A stretch of 64,000 nt of DNA from a virus. This document shows positions 1 through 7,975 of the stretch, in pieces (within the stretch, counting starts at the first letter, position 1; each line of letters begins with the position of its first letter). Position numbers and translations under genes: made by a program. Where the stretch lies: positions 1 to 64,000 of IMG/VR virus record IMGVR_UViG_3300047557_002430; one strand, given 5' to 3'. The notes beneath the pieces are model-generated. The model saw only the letters and a program-made list of their open reading frames with translations. It was not told the origin of the DNA and ran no database searches.

Positions 1-223
1 TATCGAACTCTGGAAACTTAAATCGACTTTCGTTTCCGGCGAATATTCTCAGATCTAGTCCTTGGGATTCTGCGATGGTGACGTCACGCAAAAGATTATC
101 CTTGGCAGCTTCGTAAGGTACGCCAAAAGATTCGCTTAGCTGTGTCTGTGCTGTTTCAAAGTCATTGAAAGCCTCAGCAGCTGTGGATGCCAATGAGACA
201 AGACTTGTAGTTTTGATGTTCAT
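1..223 (-). CDS. hypothetical protein, partial (runs off the window start)
   Basis: ATG at 223 on the minus strand, open to position 1 (MNIKTTSLVSLASTAAEAFNDFE...); not in the supplied track. Confidence 0.6.
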   Translation of the reverse strand, partial: MNIKTTSLVSLASTAAEAFNDFETAQTQLSESFGVPYEAAKDNLLRDVTIAESQGLDLRIFAGNESRFKFPEFD

Positions 224-315
224 GGAGTTTGATGTGAAAGTGATGCACCACGTTGGGTCGGGCCGGTGCCGCCCGTGCTTACTGTAGCACGTTGGGAGTT
301 TTATGATCTTGTACT

Positions 316-399
316 CAGCCGGGACCGGGGGAATCAAACCCCGCTCGTGCTGCGCTCAAACTCCCATTAAAAACGCAGCAGCCGTCAGGCGTCCCGCTG
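316..399 (-). ncRNA. tRNA-like structured element lacking a D-arm
   Basis: Minus strand: closing stem GGGAC/GTCCC, T-like arm CGGGG-TTTGATTC-CCCCG, internal stem TGCTGCG/CGCAGCA. Confidence 0.35.
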
Positions 400-428
400 T
401 CCTTACCATTCTAGAAATGTAAAGGAGA

Positions 429-617
429 TTACTTCTTAGGGTAAACCGCAATTAAGTGTTTCTTAAATGTGGGATTTTCCTTAAGAGCTTCAGTCTTAGC
501 TTGTTCTGGAGTGTGCGCTTCGACTGAGAACTGATATTCCCACCCCGCTTTCCCCTTGCGGGCGAACACATCGAACTGTTTGCGCACCGTGGACATGAAC
601 CTTGTTTGCATGATCAA
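429..617 (-). CDS. hypothetical early protein
   Basis: Small ORF co-oriented with the leftward operon. Confidence 0.55.
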   Translation of the reverse strand: MIMQTRFMSTVRKQFDVFARKGKAGWEYQFSVEAHTPEQAKTEALKENPTFKKHLIAVYPKK

Positions 618-820
618 GTTGGAGGCAGTGTAATGCTATCCAGATCTGGTTACGTTTGAACCGCTTCGAATTTCCTTAAGCATTGTCATGTTGCTCACTG
701 ACATCATCTACAGATATAAAAAGTTAGCTTGGTAGACTCTGTTTATAGAATAAAGTTTTACTAAACCGGAAACACTTAACGTGATTTTCTACGTTATTAA
801 AACTTTTATGTATCTTGGCG

Positions 821-1003
821 TTAGCTCACTCGTTTGATCTGTTTATCTAGGACGGCACCGTCGTGTGCCATGGCGAATCCATCTGCAAAACCACTAGCAA
901 ACAGCATCACATCATCATCAGCGGCGAAGGTTCGCTGCGTTTCGAGTACAAGAAACTCGCCGCTGTTCGATTCGATTTCAACCTTAACGGTGTAGTAATG
1001 CAC
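821..1003 (-). CDS. hypothetical early protein
   Basis: Co-oriented small acidic ORF. Confidence 0.6.
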   Translation of the reverse strand: MHYYTVKVEIESNSGEFLVLETQRTFAADDDVMLFASGFADGFAMAHDGAVLDKQIKRVS

Positions 1004-1025
1004 GATGTTCTGTAGTAATTAGTGA

Positions 1026-1340
1026 TTACGACGGCTTTCTGAACGGATTTTCAGAGGAGTATTGCTTGTAATACTCTGTCGGGTCTGCGTTAGCTATTGC
1101 CCAGATCATAAAATCTACTGAACATCCACTAAGCACATTGTTTTCGTCGAAATACACGATTGTTCGCGCCTCAGACACATCAATGAAATCCTTTTGGAGT
1201 TGAGAAAGTTGTTCGATGATGGCATCATCGACTCCGTTTGCTATCGCCTTGGCTGTCGCATCCAAGAAAGCCTTTTGCCAGTCGTCTGTAAAAGCCTGCG
1301 ATCGCTTCCAATTACTGCGATCAACATCATACATGTCCAT
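1026..1340 (-). CDS. hypothetical early protein
   Basis: 104-aa ORF with an A/C-rich leader like its neighbours. Confidence 0.7.
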   Translation of the reverse strand: MDMYDVDRSNWKRSQAFTDDWQKAFLDATAKAIANGVDDAIIEQLSQLQKDFIDVSEARTIVYFDENNVLSGCSVDFMIWAIANADPTEYYKQYSSENPFRKPS

Positions 1341-1371
1341 GATTGATTGAGATTGATGTGCGATTGATTCT

Positions 1372-1401
1372 ATTGTGTGCGGCGGCCCCGCGCAAGCGGG
1401 A
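1372..1401 (-). repeat. intergenic hairpin repeat, copy 1
   Basis: attgtgtg-N4-ggccccgcg-N2-agcggga; 24/30 identical to 5453-5482. Confidence 0.7.
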
Positions 1402-1414
1402 CCACCTCTATGTA

Positions 1415-1561
1415 TTAGATACGATCCATTGGACTATGAAACAGGATTAAGAATCCAATAACTGTAAAAAGGATTGCCAACGGAGGCGCTGTGGAACCAG
1501 CGAAGAACATCATCGTCAGACAAGCGAAGAATGTCCAATTAGTTTTCAGAGTTTTAGTCAT
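1415..1561 (-). CDS. small two-helix membrane protein
   Basis: ATG at 1561 directly after the upstream stop; two hydrophobic stretches. Confidence 0.55.
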   Translation of the reverse strand: MTKTLKTNWTFFACLTMMFFAGSTAPPLAILFTVIGFLILFHSPMDRI

Positions 1562-1563
1562 GG

Positions 1564-2307
1564 CTAGGACTTGACGGTAAGTCTTTGAATGTTGAAGTGT
1601 TTGATCCATGTGACGAGCTTTACTGTTGCGTCTGCCGATTCCAAACCTATACATCCGGACGTTCCTGATTCGCCATTAGTTTTACCCCACGAAGGATCTT
1701 GGTGAAGGCCAAGCGCTGATCTGTTTGTATTAAACAGAGGCGTAATCGGAACCCAATAACCGCGACCCAGTTCTGGATCTTCGAACGGCGCCGTGGCAAT
1801 CCCCCCACGATCTATTGAGTATGTGCCTGTAGGTAAAGGAGATTTGTTGCCCGCGATATTACGGTTCGCGGTTTGCTTAGATGCCCGGCCAGTAAGTGCA
1901 GGCAAGGACTCTAAGACTTGGCCTTCCTTAGTTACAAGCTCTAGAACCCAGATGGGATCGTTTGTCTTAGGTACAAGTTTGTCTGTGCGCCTCAGTACAA
2001 GCTGCGCCGATGGAGTTGAGCTATAGCCAGGAGGCTTGAATCCAGGTTTATACATAATTTCCGGGCGCGCAGAGCCTGGCAGCGGAGGAAATCCTGGCTC
2101 TGTACTTGCATCCAGCGGCAGAGAACCTTGAGGCGCAGTTCCATTTAATTCCTGTTTGGTTTGTTGTAAAAGTTGTGCGTACATGATGTCTTGCATGTGC
2201 GCATCGCGTTGATTGTGATGTGCAATAAGATTGCCTGCAGCAGTTACAGCTATAGCCGTAACACTGCCTGCAGCAAGAGATAAAGCTGCAATCATTGGGA
2301 GTTTCAT
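1564..2307 (-). CDS. secreted L,D-transpeptidase-like (YkuD/Tlde1-type) protein
   Basis: N-terminal signal/TM segment; P.GTY motif and H-x14-SGCIGL catalytic-type motif (LHQDPSWGKTNGESGTSGCIGL). Confidence 0.75.
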   Translation of the reverse strand: MKLPMIAALSLAAGSVTAIAVTAAGNLIAHHNQRDAHMQDIMYAQLLQQTKQELNGTAPQGSLPLDASTEPGFPPLPGSARPEIMYKPGFKPPGYSSTPSAQLVLRRTDKLVPKTNDPIWVLELVTKEGQVLESLPALTGRASKQTANRNIAGNKSPLPTGTYSIDRGGIATAPFEDPELGRGYWVPITPLFNTNRSALGLHQDPSWGKTNGESGTSGCIGLESADATVKLVTWIKHFNIQRLTVKS

Positions 2308-2310
2308 GAT

Positions 2311-2766
2311 TTACATGTTGCCGGGGCCTGCTGACCCCGACCGATAATACGCTGGCGGTGCCGGAGCATCTAGGTCTCCTGGCCCACGTGGCGGTGGCGG
2401 TGGGGATGCTGGCGCAGGCTGAGGGGCAGGGGCTGGCTGAGGGGTCGGAGCGACATAGGTTTGCTGAGGTTTCGGCTCTACATATGTAGGTTCCGATTGT
2501 TGTTGTGATTGTTGTGTTTGTTGCTGAGATTGCGTAGTTTGCACGGTAGACGTACCACCGGACAAGGGAGGTTGTCGCCCTTCTTTTACAGCTTTCTGAT
2601 ACTCTTGCCGCGAACGTTGTTGCGGCGTGGGTTCCATCTTTGCTGCAGGATCTGGGCCGTTGTTGGGTAGGAATCCTCCCACGATCATTTGCAGGATGTA
2701 TAAAACAAGAGAGGCCCCGATAAATGCAACGGAGCCTACGAACACTAAAAATAATTTGTGTTTCAT
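2311..2766 (-). CDS. membrane-anchored Gln/Pro-rich protein
   Basis: N-terminal TM helix followed by a low-complexity Q/P tail. Confidence 0.7.
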   Translation of the reverse strand: MKHKLFLVFVGSVAFIGASLVLYILQMIVGGFLPNNGPDPAAKMEPTPQQRSRQEYQKAVKEGRQPPLSGGTSTVQTTQSQQQTQQSQQQSEPTYVEPKPQQTYVAPTPQPAPAPQPAPASPPPPPRGPGDLDAPAPPAYYRSGSAGPGNM

Positions 2767-2808
2767 TTAGTGAGAGCGCCTATTGGCAAGGAGGAAGTTT
2801 TCTGTGCT

Positions 2809-3078
2809 TTACCTGCATAAGTAATCGGCTCGTGCCCATCCTACAAGACCGTTGTACTCTACGTGATACCAGCGCATTCCATCACCGCCCCAGACCCAAT
2901 TAATGACGCGGATGTATTCGTTGTTTCGAATCGACGCAATGATGTAGTTACTGCGTGAGGGACCGTTTCGTAGATTTACTGAACTGTTGGGATCGTGTGT
3001 GCACGTTGTGGCCCATTGGGCTTGCGCTGGCAAGCAGAATCCCAGCGAAACAAGAAAAACGAATAAAGCTTTCTTCAC
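2809..3078 (-). CDS. secreted bacterial SH3 (SH3b) domain protein
   Basis: Signal peptide ending AQA; VNLRNGPS...WYHVEYNGLVGWARADYL. Confidence 0.85.
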   Translation of the reverse strand: MKKALFVFLVSLGFCLPAQAQWATTCTHDPNSSVNLRNGPSRSNYIIASIRNNEYIRVINWVWGGDGMRWYHVEYNGLVGWARADYLCR

Positions 3079-3142
3079 AGTTGCGTTAGTTACGTGTTTG
3101 TTGGCGCCTGGGAGGCGCAGAAAATTATGATAGGAGCCTCCC

Positions 3143-3487
3143 TTATTGCTGGAAGGCAGGTAGCTCTGGCTGCGTGGTTACTTTAACTACTTCGCCACAC
3201 ACCTCTGAAGGATTAAATGCTTTCCACTTATTGAATTCGGAGATCGTTACATTTACACGAACAGCGTGTAGGTTTGTCCAAGTGGCAAAGGGTTTGTGTA
3301 GCTGATACAAACCTCCCCAATCGTGTCCTTCATTGAACACCGCTGCAACGTGTCCATACTCTCCCAAGCAGACAATTAGTCGGCGAGGATTACCATTGGC
3401 ATCGTTAGATGTGCAGATGTGGAGCACGTTGTTAACGCGCCGCACGTTGTTGTCTGCGCTGTAGTGAAGAAAGAACTGAGTGTTCAT
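3143..3487 (-). CDS. hypothetical early protein
   Basis: Start overlaps the upstream stop codon (translational coupling). Confidence 0.7.
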   Translation of the reverse strand: MNTQFFLHYSADNNVRRVNNVLHICTSNDANGNPRRLIVCLGEYGHVAAVFNEGHDWGGLYQLHKPFATWTNLHAVRVNVTISEFNKWKAFNPSEVCGEVVKVTTQPELPAFQQ

Positions 3488-3732
3488 GGCTGGTAGTTGT
3501 CGAGTTTGTTGCGGAGTTGTGCAGACTCTTTAAGTAATTGCTTGCCGTAGGTTAGCTCTACATACAAGCAGAGTTGTTCTGCTGCGTTTAGATGCCTAGG
3601 TTCCCACGGTTCTTCATTGAACACGTCGGCCTGATACTTAATAGCCTCGGACAATAATGCTGGCGGGATAAGATCCAACAGGGCTTCGATGGCTTGAGGT
3701 ACGAACTCATGTACACACTTTGTGTTGATCAT
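3484..3732 (-). CDS. hypothetical early protein
   Basis: Tightly packed in the operon. Confidence 0.7.
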   Translation of the reverse strand: MINTKCVHEFVPQAIEALLDLIPPALLSEAIKYQADVFNEEPWEPRHLNAAEQLCLYVELTYGKQLLKESAQLRNKLDNYQP

Positions 3733-3734
3733 TG

Positions 3735-3917
3735 TTAGAGAGAAGCGCGATAGTCTGCGTGGATGGTGTGGATGAGATCGTTTATCTCATCACATGTAGG
3801 GTCATCGTTCGTTAGGCGATCCATGATCATCTCCGCTAGGGTCTCGGTGTCATAGCGTGAATCACAATCCTGACCTGATTGATACAAGTAACTAACGATG
3901 TCGCTGACCTCAATCAT
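3735..3917 (-). CDS. small acidic hypothetical protein
   Basis: Tightly packed; Asp/Glu-rich. Confidence 0.65.
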   Translation of the reverse strand: MIEVSDIVSYLYQSGQDCDSRYDTETLAEMIMDRLTNDDPTCDEINDLIHTIHADYRASL

Positions 3918-4171
3918 TTGAGCCCTCCGTTGTTAATGAAGTCTTTGCAGTTCGGTACGGTGTCGAAGGTTCCGATGACTACGGTTACTTCGATTACATC
4001 ACCATCTTCTAAATGGATGGGTGTAAACTTGCGCAACTCGTAGCCCTGCTGATACCTACTCTCTGTGATCTCGCCGACAAGATCATCATCGACGTAGATT
4101 AATTCTCTGAACCATACAATGTCACTGTCGTAATAGGTGCGCATGAACCGATAGGCTGGTGTCTCAATCAT
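3914..4171 (-). CDS. hypothetical early protein
   Basis: Tightly packed in the operon. Confidence 0.7.
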   Translation of the reverse strand: MIETPAYRFMRTYYDSDIVWFRELIYVDDDLVGEITESRYQQGYELRKFTPIHLEDGDVIEVTVVIGTFDTVPNCKDFINNGGLK

Positions 4172-4173
4172 GA

Positions 4174-4503
4174 TCAGTAATACATGCGGCGGTATTCATG
4201 GGCGATAGTCCAGGCGGGATTAACTGCTGCTGCGCCTGTCTCATCAGGTAGGCACGGACGTACATCATCGGCGTATACGTAGCCGAAACCTTTATAGTTT
4301 CCTGTCGCTTGCAGGACATGCTCAAGCGAATCGGAAAGTCCACGCTTGTGCATAGGTGTGAGCCAAGCAGATACAAGCTGCTTGTTTACCCAATCCTTAA
4401 AGTCTTGGACGTTGAGAGTCTTACGTCGGGGCATGATGTTAATGGGAGTTTGTGTCGCTGTGGTTATATCAGTAGCTGATGTGAACCGTTGCAATACCGT
4501 CAA
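4174..4503 (-). CDS. hypothetical early protein (true start probably at MPRRK)
   Basis: Co-oriented ORF containing LEHVLQATGNYKGFGY. Confidence 0.65.
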   Translation of the reverse strand: MTVLQRFTSATDITTATQTPINIMPRRKTLNVQDFKDWVNKQLVSAWLTPMHKRGLSDSLEHVLQATGNYKGFGYVYADDVRPCLPDETGAAAVNPAWTIAHEYRRMYY

Positions 4504-4786
4504 GCGGTACGCCTAACCTATAGGCAGCACCGGCAGACAAATCAATAGAATTACAATCACAGCGATCTGTAATAGGTACAGTGAGAACACGTCCGTTATG
4601 TCGAACACGCACTTGTGTGCCACATTCCAACCATGGGTGCGCTGCTGATATGCCCCAGTGTTGATACACTTGGCCGCAATATGTCACGCGGGAGTGATAC
4701 CATTCATGGTAAACAGTTGCTGTAACTGGGCGAGCACTGGCTGGACTTGTGAGTAGCAAAGGAAACAATAGGAGCAAACGTTTCAT
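4469..4786 (-). CDS. secreted RlpA-like double-psi beta-barrel (lytic transglycosylase-like) protein
   Basis: Signal peptide; SAAHPWLECGTQVRV, ITDRC and IDLSAGAAYRLG match RlpA DPBB motifs. Confidence 0.85.
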   Translation of the reverse strand: MKRLLLLFPLLLTSPASARPVTATVYHEWYHSRVTYCGQVYQHWGISAAHPWLECGTQVRVRHNGRVLTVPITDRCDCNSIDLSAGAAYRLGVPLDGIATVHISY

Positions 4787-4814
4787 GTGATGTTAAGGTG
4801 ATTGTGTGAGTCGA

Positions 4815-5162
4815 TTAGTTACAGGATTCCGGCTCAAGTTCCTCGCAGTCGTCTACAAGTAAGCCAGCCCACGAGACAAACGCAACCTGGCACAAACCTT
4901 GCGGGCGGATTGTATAGCCGTCCCCCTCATTCTGTACGTCACAGCGCAAACCAGACCAACCTAGCTCAGCCTTAGCGCGACGAATCACACCGACACGCGT
5001 GAGCGACTCGTGGGTGATGATCTGCGAGCGGTTGACCCAGGAGTAGTTAGCCTCGCCTCCAAACGTATCGGTGTGCGTTACATCCCAGCAATTAAAGTTG
5101 TTTGACATGATGTGATTGTGTGTTGGTGTTGTTATCGTTGAATTAATTAGGCTTCTGGCCAT
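4815..5162 (-). CDS. hypothetical early protein (true start probably at MSNNF)
   Basis: Co-oriented ORF with TDTFGGEANYSWVNR. Confidence 0.7.
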   Translation of the reverse strand: MARSLINSTITTPTHNHIMSNNFNCWDVTHTDTFGGEANYSWVNRSQIITHESLTRVGVIRRAKAELGWSGLRCDVQNEGDGYTIRPQGLCQVAFVSWAGLLVDDCEELEPESCN

Positions 5163-5431
5163 TGGTAGCAGTCAGGAACTTCCCATAGGTCTTCATCTTG
5201 ATGTAGACGCCACGTAACATCATCGCTCACAATGTGTGCGTTATCGAGAATAGATTGCCATGCTTCCCAATACCATTCATGATCTGGGCCCTGCTGACAA
5301 ATTTGCACGTCTTTATAATCTACGCCGATACAGTTAGCCCGGTATTCGTCAACGTCGTTGCAAAACAGTTGCGGAATGTAGATACCGTGACCGCTAGATA
5401 ACACAAGATTAGGCTCAAAACGGATTGTCAT
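5147..5431 (-). CDS. hypothetical early protein
   Basis: Co-oriented Trp-rich ORF. Confidence 0.7.
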   Translation of the reverse strand: MTIRFEPNLVLSSGHGIYIPQLFCNDVDEYRANCIGVDYKDVQICQQGPDHEWYWEAWQSILDNAHIVSDDVTWRLHQDEDLWEVPDCYQWPEA

Positions 5432-5452
5432 GGCGTTAATGATGCTGGTTTG

Positions 5453-5482
5453 ATTGTGTGAGTTGGCCCCGCGTTAGCGGGA
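5453..5482 (-). repeat. intergenic hairpin repeat, copy 2
   Basis: Matches 1372-1401. Confidence 0.7.
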
Positions 5483-5486
5483 GGGA

Positions 5487-5654
5487 TTAACGTTCAGCCC
5501 ACGCCTTTGTAGGCTTGCGTGAGACATAGTGCCAAGCTGTAGGGTCCGCCACGTTATACTCGCGGCAGACTTCACATGCCTCTCTGTATGTTGTTAGCTC
5601 GTCAACAGTTTCTATATTGTTGCGAGACTCGCGGCGTTGAATGTAGAACGGCAT
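5487..5654 (-). CDS. hypothetical 55-aa protein
   Basis: MPFYIQRRESRNNIETVDE...KAWAER; fills the gap between neighbours; below the track size cut-off. Confidence 0.65.
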   Translation of the reverse strand: MPFYIQRRESRNNIETVDELTTYREACEVCREYNVADPTAWHYVSRKPTKAWAER

Positions 5655-5659
5655 GATGA

Positions 5660-6007
5660 TCAACCTCGGACAAAGTGATGGATGGAGTTAGATTCGATCT
5701 CCCAATCTTGCTCTTCGATTGCGTGGGCAAACCATGTATGATTCTTCTGGTAGATACCAGCGCCGCACAACTCACGCAGCAGTGCATTTAGCCGCGACTT
5801 AGTTGTAGGTGTCTGCCAGCCGCAATCGCAGATTGATACAAGATCCGGCGTAACTTGTGCGATGCGATTGTTATGCAGGAAGACATTGATCCGTTCAATC
5901 ACTCGCTCACCGTGGGCGAAGTAAGTTACTTCTACCCGCGTGTTGCTGTTACGCCAATCCTTGCGGTTGTAGATGGCGGAAAGCATTTGCTTCTCAATGG
6001 CGCGCAT
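5660..6007 (-). CDS. conserved phage hypothetical protein
   Basis: MRAIEKQM...GWQTPTTKSRLNALL, a motif I recognise from cyanophage early genes. Confidence 0.75.
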   Translation of the reverse strand: MRAIEKQMLSAIYNRKDWRNSNTRVEVTYFAHGERVIERINVFLHNNRIAQVTPDLVSICDCGWQTPTTKSRLNALLRELCGAGIYQKNHTWFAHAIEEQDWEIESNSIHHFVRG

Positions 6008-6059
6008 GATGATTCTCAGGTAGGTGTGATGTCGAAGATGTGATCTAATTAATTACAAG

Positions 6060-6314
6060 TTAGTCGGAGCTGATGGATACCTCCAGTAACTCACCAATAG
6101 GCTGTTTAAGTAACGCAGCCTTGGCTTCCATAACTGTGGAAAACTTACCAAGACGCTTCTTAACAACCTTGCAGTCACTAAACTTATACACAACTGCAGA
6201 GTATTTATCCTCTGAGTCCATATTCCTGGCGATGTGGCCTATTATCGTGTCGTTAAGTTTGACGGTAAGCCAATACAGACCAGGGACTTCATTCCAGAGT
6301 TCAAAGTTAATCAT
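6060..6314 (-). CDS. hypothetical early protein
   Basis: Co-oriented ORF. Confidence 0.65.
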   Translation of the reverse strand: MINFELWNEVPGLYWLTVKLNDTIIGHIARNMDSEDKYSAVVYKFSDCKVVKKRLGKFSTVMEAKAALLKQPIGELLEVSISSD

Positions 6315-6363
6315 GGTTTGATCTCGATGTTAAATGGATTTGCTGTGTGTGTTGCTGTGATGA

Positions 6364-6570
6364 TCAGTTAGCTTTGATCAGTTTGTACTCTTGAATATTG
6401 TAGTAGGCGTTTGTATCTGCGCTGTAGCTACGTAGACGCTTAATCTCATTCTGTGCGCCTTTGTAAGACTTAAAGAATTGATGATTCCATCGACCGTTAG
6501 TCTTAACGGCTACGCAGTGTGTTGCGTTCTTCTCAACCTGGCGGCCAGTTGCGAGTGTGAAAGTGTTCAT
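6364..6570 (-). CDS. hypothetical early protein
   Basis: Co-oriented ORF; its leader CACACCTACCTGA is shared with the 5660-6007 ORF. Confidence 0.65.
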   Translation of the reverse strand: MNTFTLATGRQVEKNATHCVAVKTNGRWNHQFFKSYKGAQNEIKRLRSYSADTNAYYNIQEYKLIKAN

Positions 6571-6606
6571 GATGATGGTCAGGTAGGTGTGCTGTTGTTG
6601 TGATGA

Positions 6607-6930
6607 TCAGGAGCAATAATGGCCCATGATTACATCGTTGTCTTCGGTGAACTTAATTACAACTCCGCTAAAGAATGAGTCGTAGCTATACCCATCCCAC
6701 CCGACAAGATCACCGCAGGCCTCAGGGGTGGGCATGAACTCGTCGAGGCAATAGGTGTAACCTTTGTAAGTTACAAAGTAGGCATCCTCGAACTCTGTAT
6801 CAGACAAGTAGTCAAACTGCTCGCGAATCTTGGCAGCTTGCTTGTCACCAACAAACAGTTCAAGGGTCAGGCCAGACATAGGCTGGCGGGGCTGATTGTT
6901 CGTGATGATGTCCATAACATTCACCAGCAA
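6607..6930 (-). CDS. hypothetical early protein, first gene of the leftward operon
   Basis: Acidic ORF with WDGYSYDSFFSGVVIK; exact start uncertain. Confidence 0.7.
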   Translation of the reverse strand: MLVNVMDIITNNQPRQPMSGLTLELFVGDKQAAKIREQFDYLSDTEFEDAYFVTYKGYTYCLDEFMPTPEACGDLVGWDGYSYDSFFSGVVIKFTEDNDVIMGHYCS

Positions 6931-7010
6931 TAGAGCTGGCAGCTAACAACAAATGAGGGTGAATCCCTCAGTCTGAGTAACAGTAACTCAGAGGGAGAGA
7001 ATCTAACTCC

Positions 7011-7040
7011 GTGATCTAAGATGATCTCATGTGATCTAAC
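7011..7040. repeat. three tandem 10-bp units with a TGATCT core
   Basis: gtgatctaag atgatctcat gtgatctaac. Confidence 0.7.
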
Positions 7041-7527
7041 TTAGACCCTACCCGCTGACAAGGTAGAACAATTAAGGCCCCTCACAGATAAAAACCTGGC
7101 GGGGACAATCAAAACAATTTACCGGGCATGTAGTTAGTTACAGCGCACAGAATCCAACTCAGGCATGTAACTAAGCCCGCCATCGCACGGAGACGCCGTG
7201 GTGGGGGCCAAGTGTCCAGAGTCTGCGTACCTGCACCATAGACAGATACGCTGGACAAAGGATCGACTGTGATCTGTAACTAACTACAACCGGACAAAGG
7301 TTGTATTCAGTTGCAACTTGACGAGAGTTACTGACATTTAGCGTCGCTTAGTTAAAAACTAAATGCCACTTACGCTATGGGGTCGGTGAGCCTGCCACTG
7401 CTCGCGCTAATTTCAGTCCGGCCGCCGCCGTCGGGCTATTGCGCACACCATCGGCGCAATCCGCATCAGGCCCGTGCATGGTGCGGCGCTGGTTCGCCTA
7501 CCCTCACCACGTCGGTGCCTGTCCCCT

Positions 7528-7564
7528 TATTCGATTGTCCAGGTTCAACCGAGGCGCTTGCCCC
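7528..7564 (-). promoter_or_regulatory. boxB-like hairpin plus rRNA-type boxA antitermination element
   Basis: Minus strand GGGGC-AAGC-GCCTC hairpin then GAACCTGGACAATCGAATA, resembling cyanobacterial rrn boxA (GAACCTTGA(A/C)AA). Confidence 0.6.
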
Positions 7565-7573
7565 AGTGATCTA

Positions 7574-7603
7574 AAGGTACAGGCTCAGCGGCTCGCCTGT
7601 CAA
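7574..7603 (-). promoter_or_regulatory. sigma70-type promoter of the early operon
   Basis: TTGACA-18 nt-TACCTT on the minus strand. Confidence 0.65.
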
Positions 7604-7921
7604 CACCCCAGCGCTGGGAGCTTCCGATTCGGTTCGGCGCTCGCTTCTATACATATATGAACTGCGCGCAGGCACGCGAAATACCACCCTGCCCCTCCCA
7701 TTGTCAAGACTCAGCAGCGAATTGATAAGTTATAAATAGTAGAGAACAGTTAGTTATACTTAGTGCTGGAACTTTGGCTGCCGCAATATAGCAAACTGGC
7801 CTGCCCGCAATTCGGCCTTTTTTTTATATATAGGCTTTGGTCGACGGCGGCCGCGAGAAGGGTAAATTTTTCTTGATGGGAAAATGGGGTAAAACCTCTT
7901 GGACTGTCATTATACGAGCAT

Positions 7922-7949
7922 AAAAAAAGCTCTTCGTGAGCAGAAGAGC
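7922..7949 (-). terminator. rho-independent terminator
   Basis: GCTCTTC/GAAGAGC stem followed by T7 on the minus strand, just downstream of 7976-8383. Confidence 0.75.
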
Positions 7950-7975
7950 GAAAAAACCGCGTGGCTTTACAAAAA

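Larger units (their letters stand above)
6925..7565 (-). ncRNA. long structured leader or ncRNA
   Basis: 15-bp perfect inverted repeat 7129-7143/7274-7288 with nested stems and many flanking hairpins; stem mismatches read as G-U on the minus strand. Confidence 0.65.

Noticed and set aside
7129-7288. Retron msr-msd interpretation of the long inverted repeat
   Set aside because: No reverse transcriptase gene is present in the window
7377-7660. Two short plus-strand ORFs in the early leader
   Set aside because: No RBS or recognisable motif, and antisense to the promoter and boxA
7679-7708. Second leftward TTGACA promoter
   Set aside because: No convincing TAnnnT at 16-18 nt spacing
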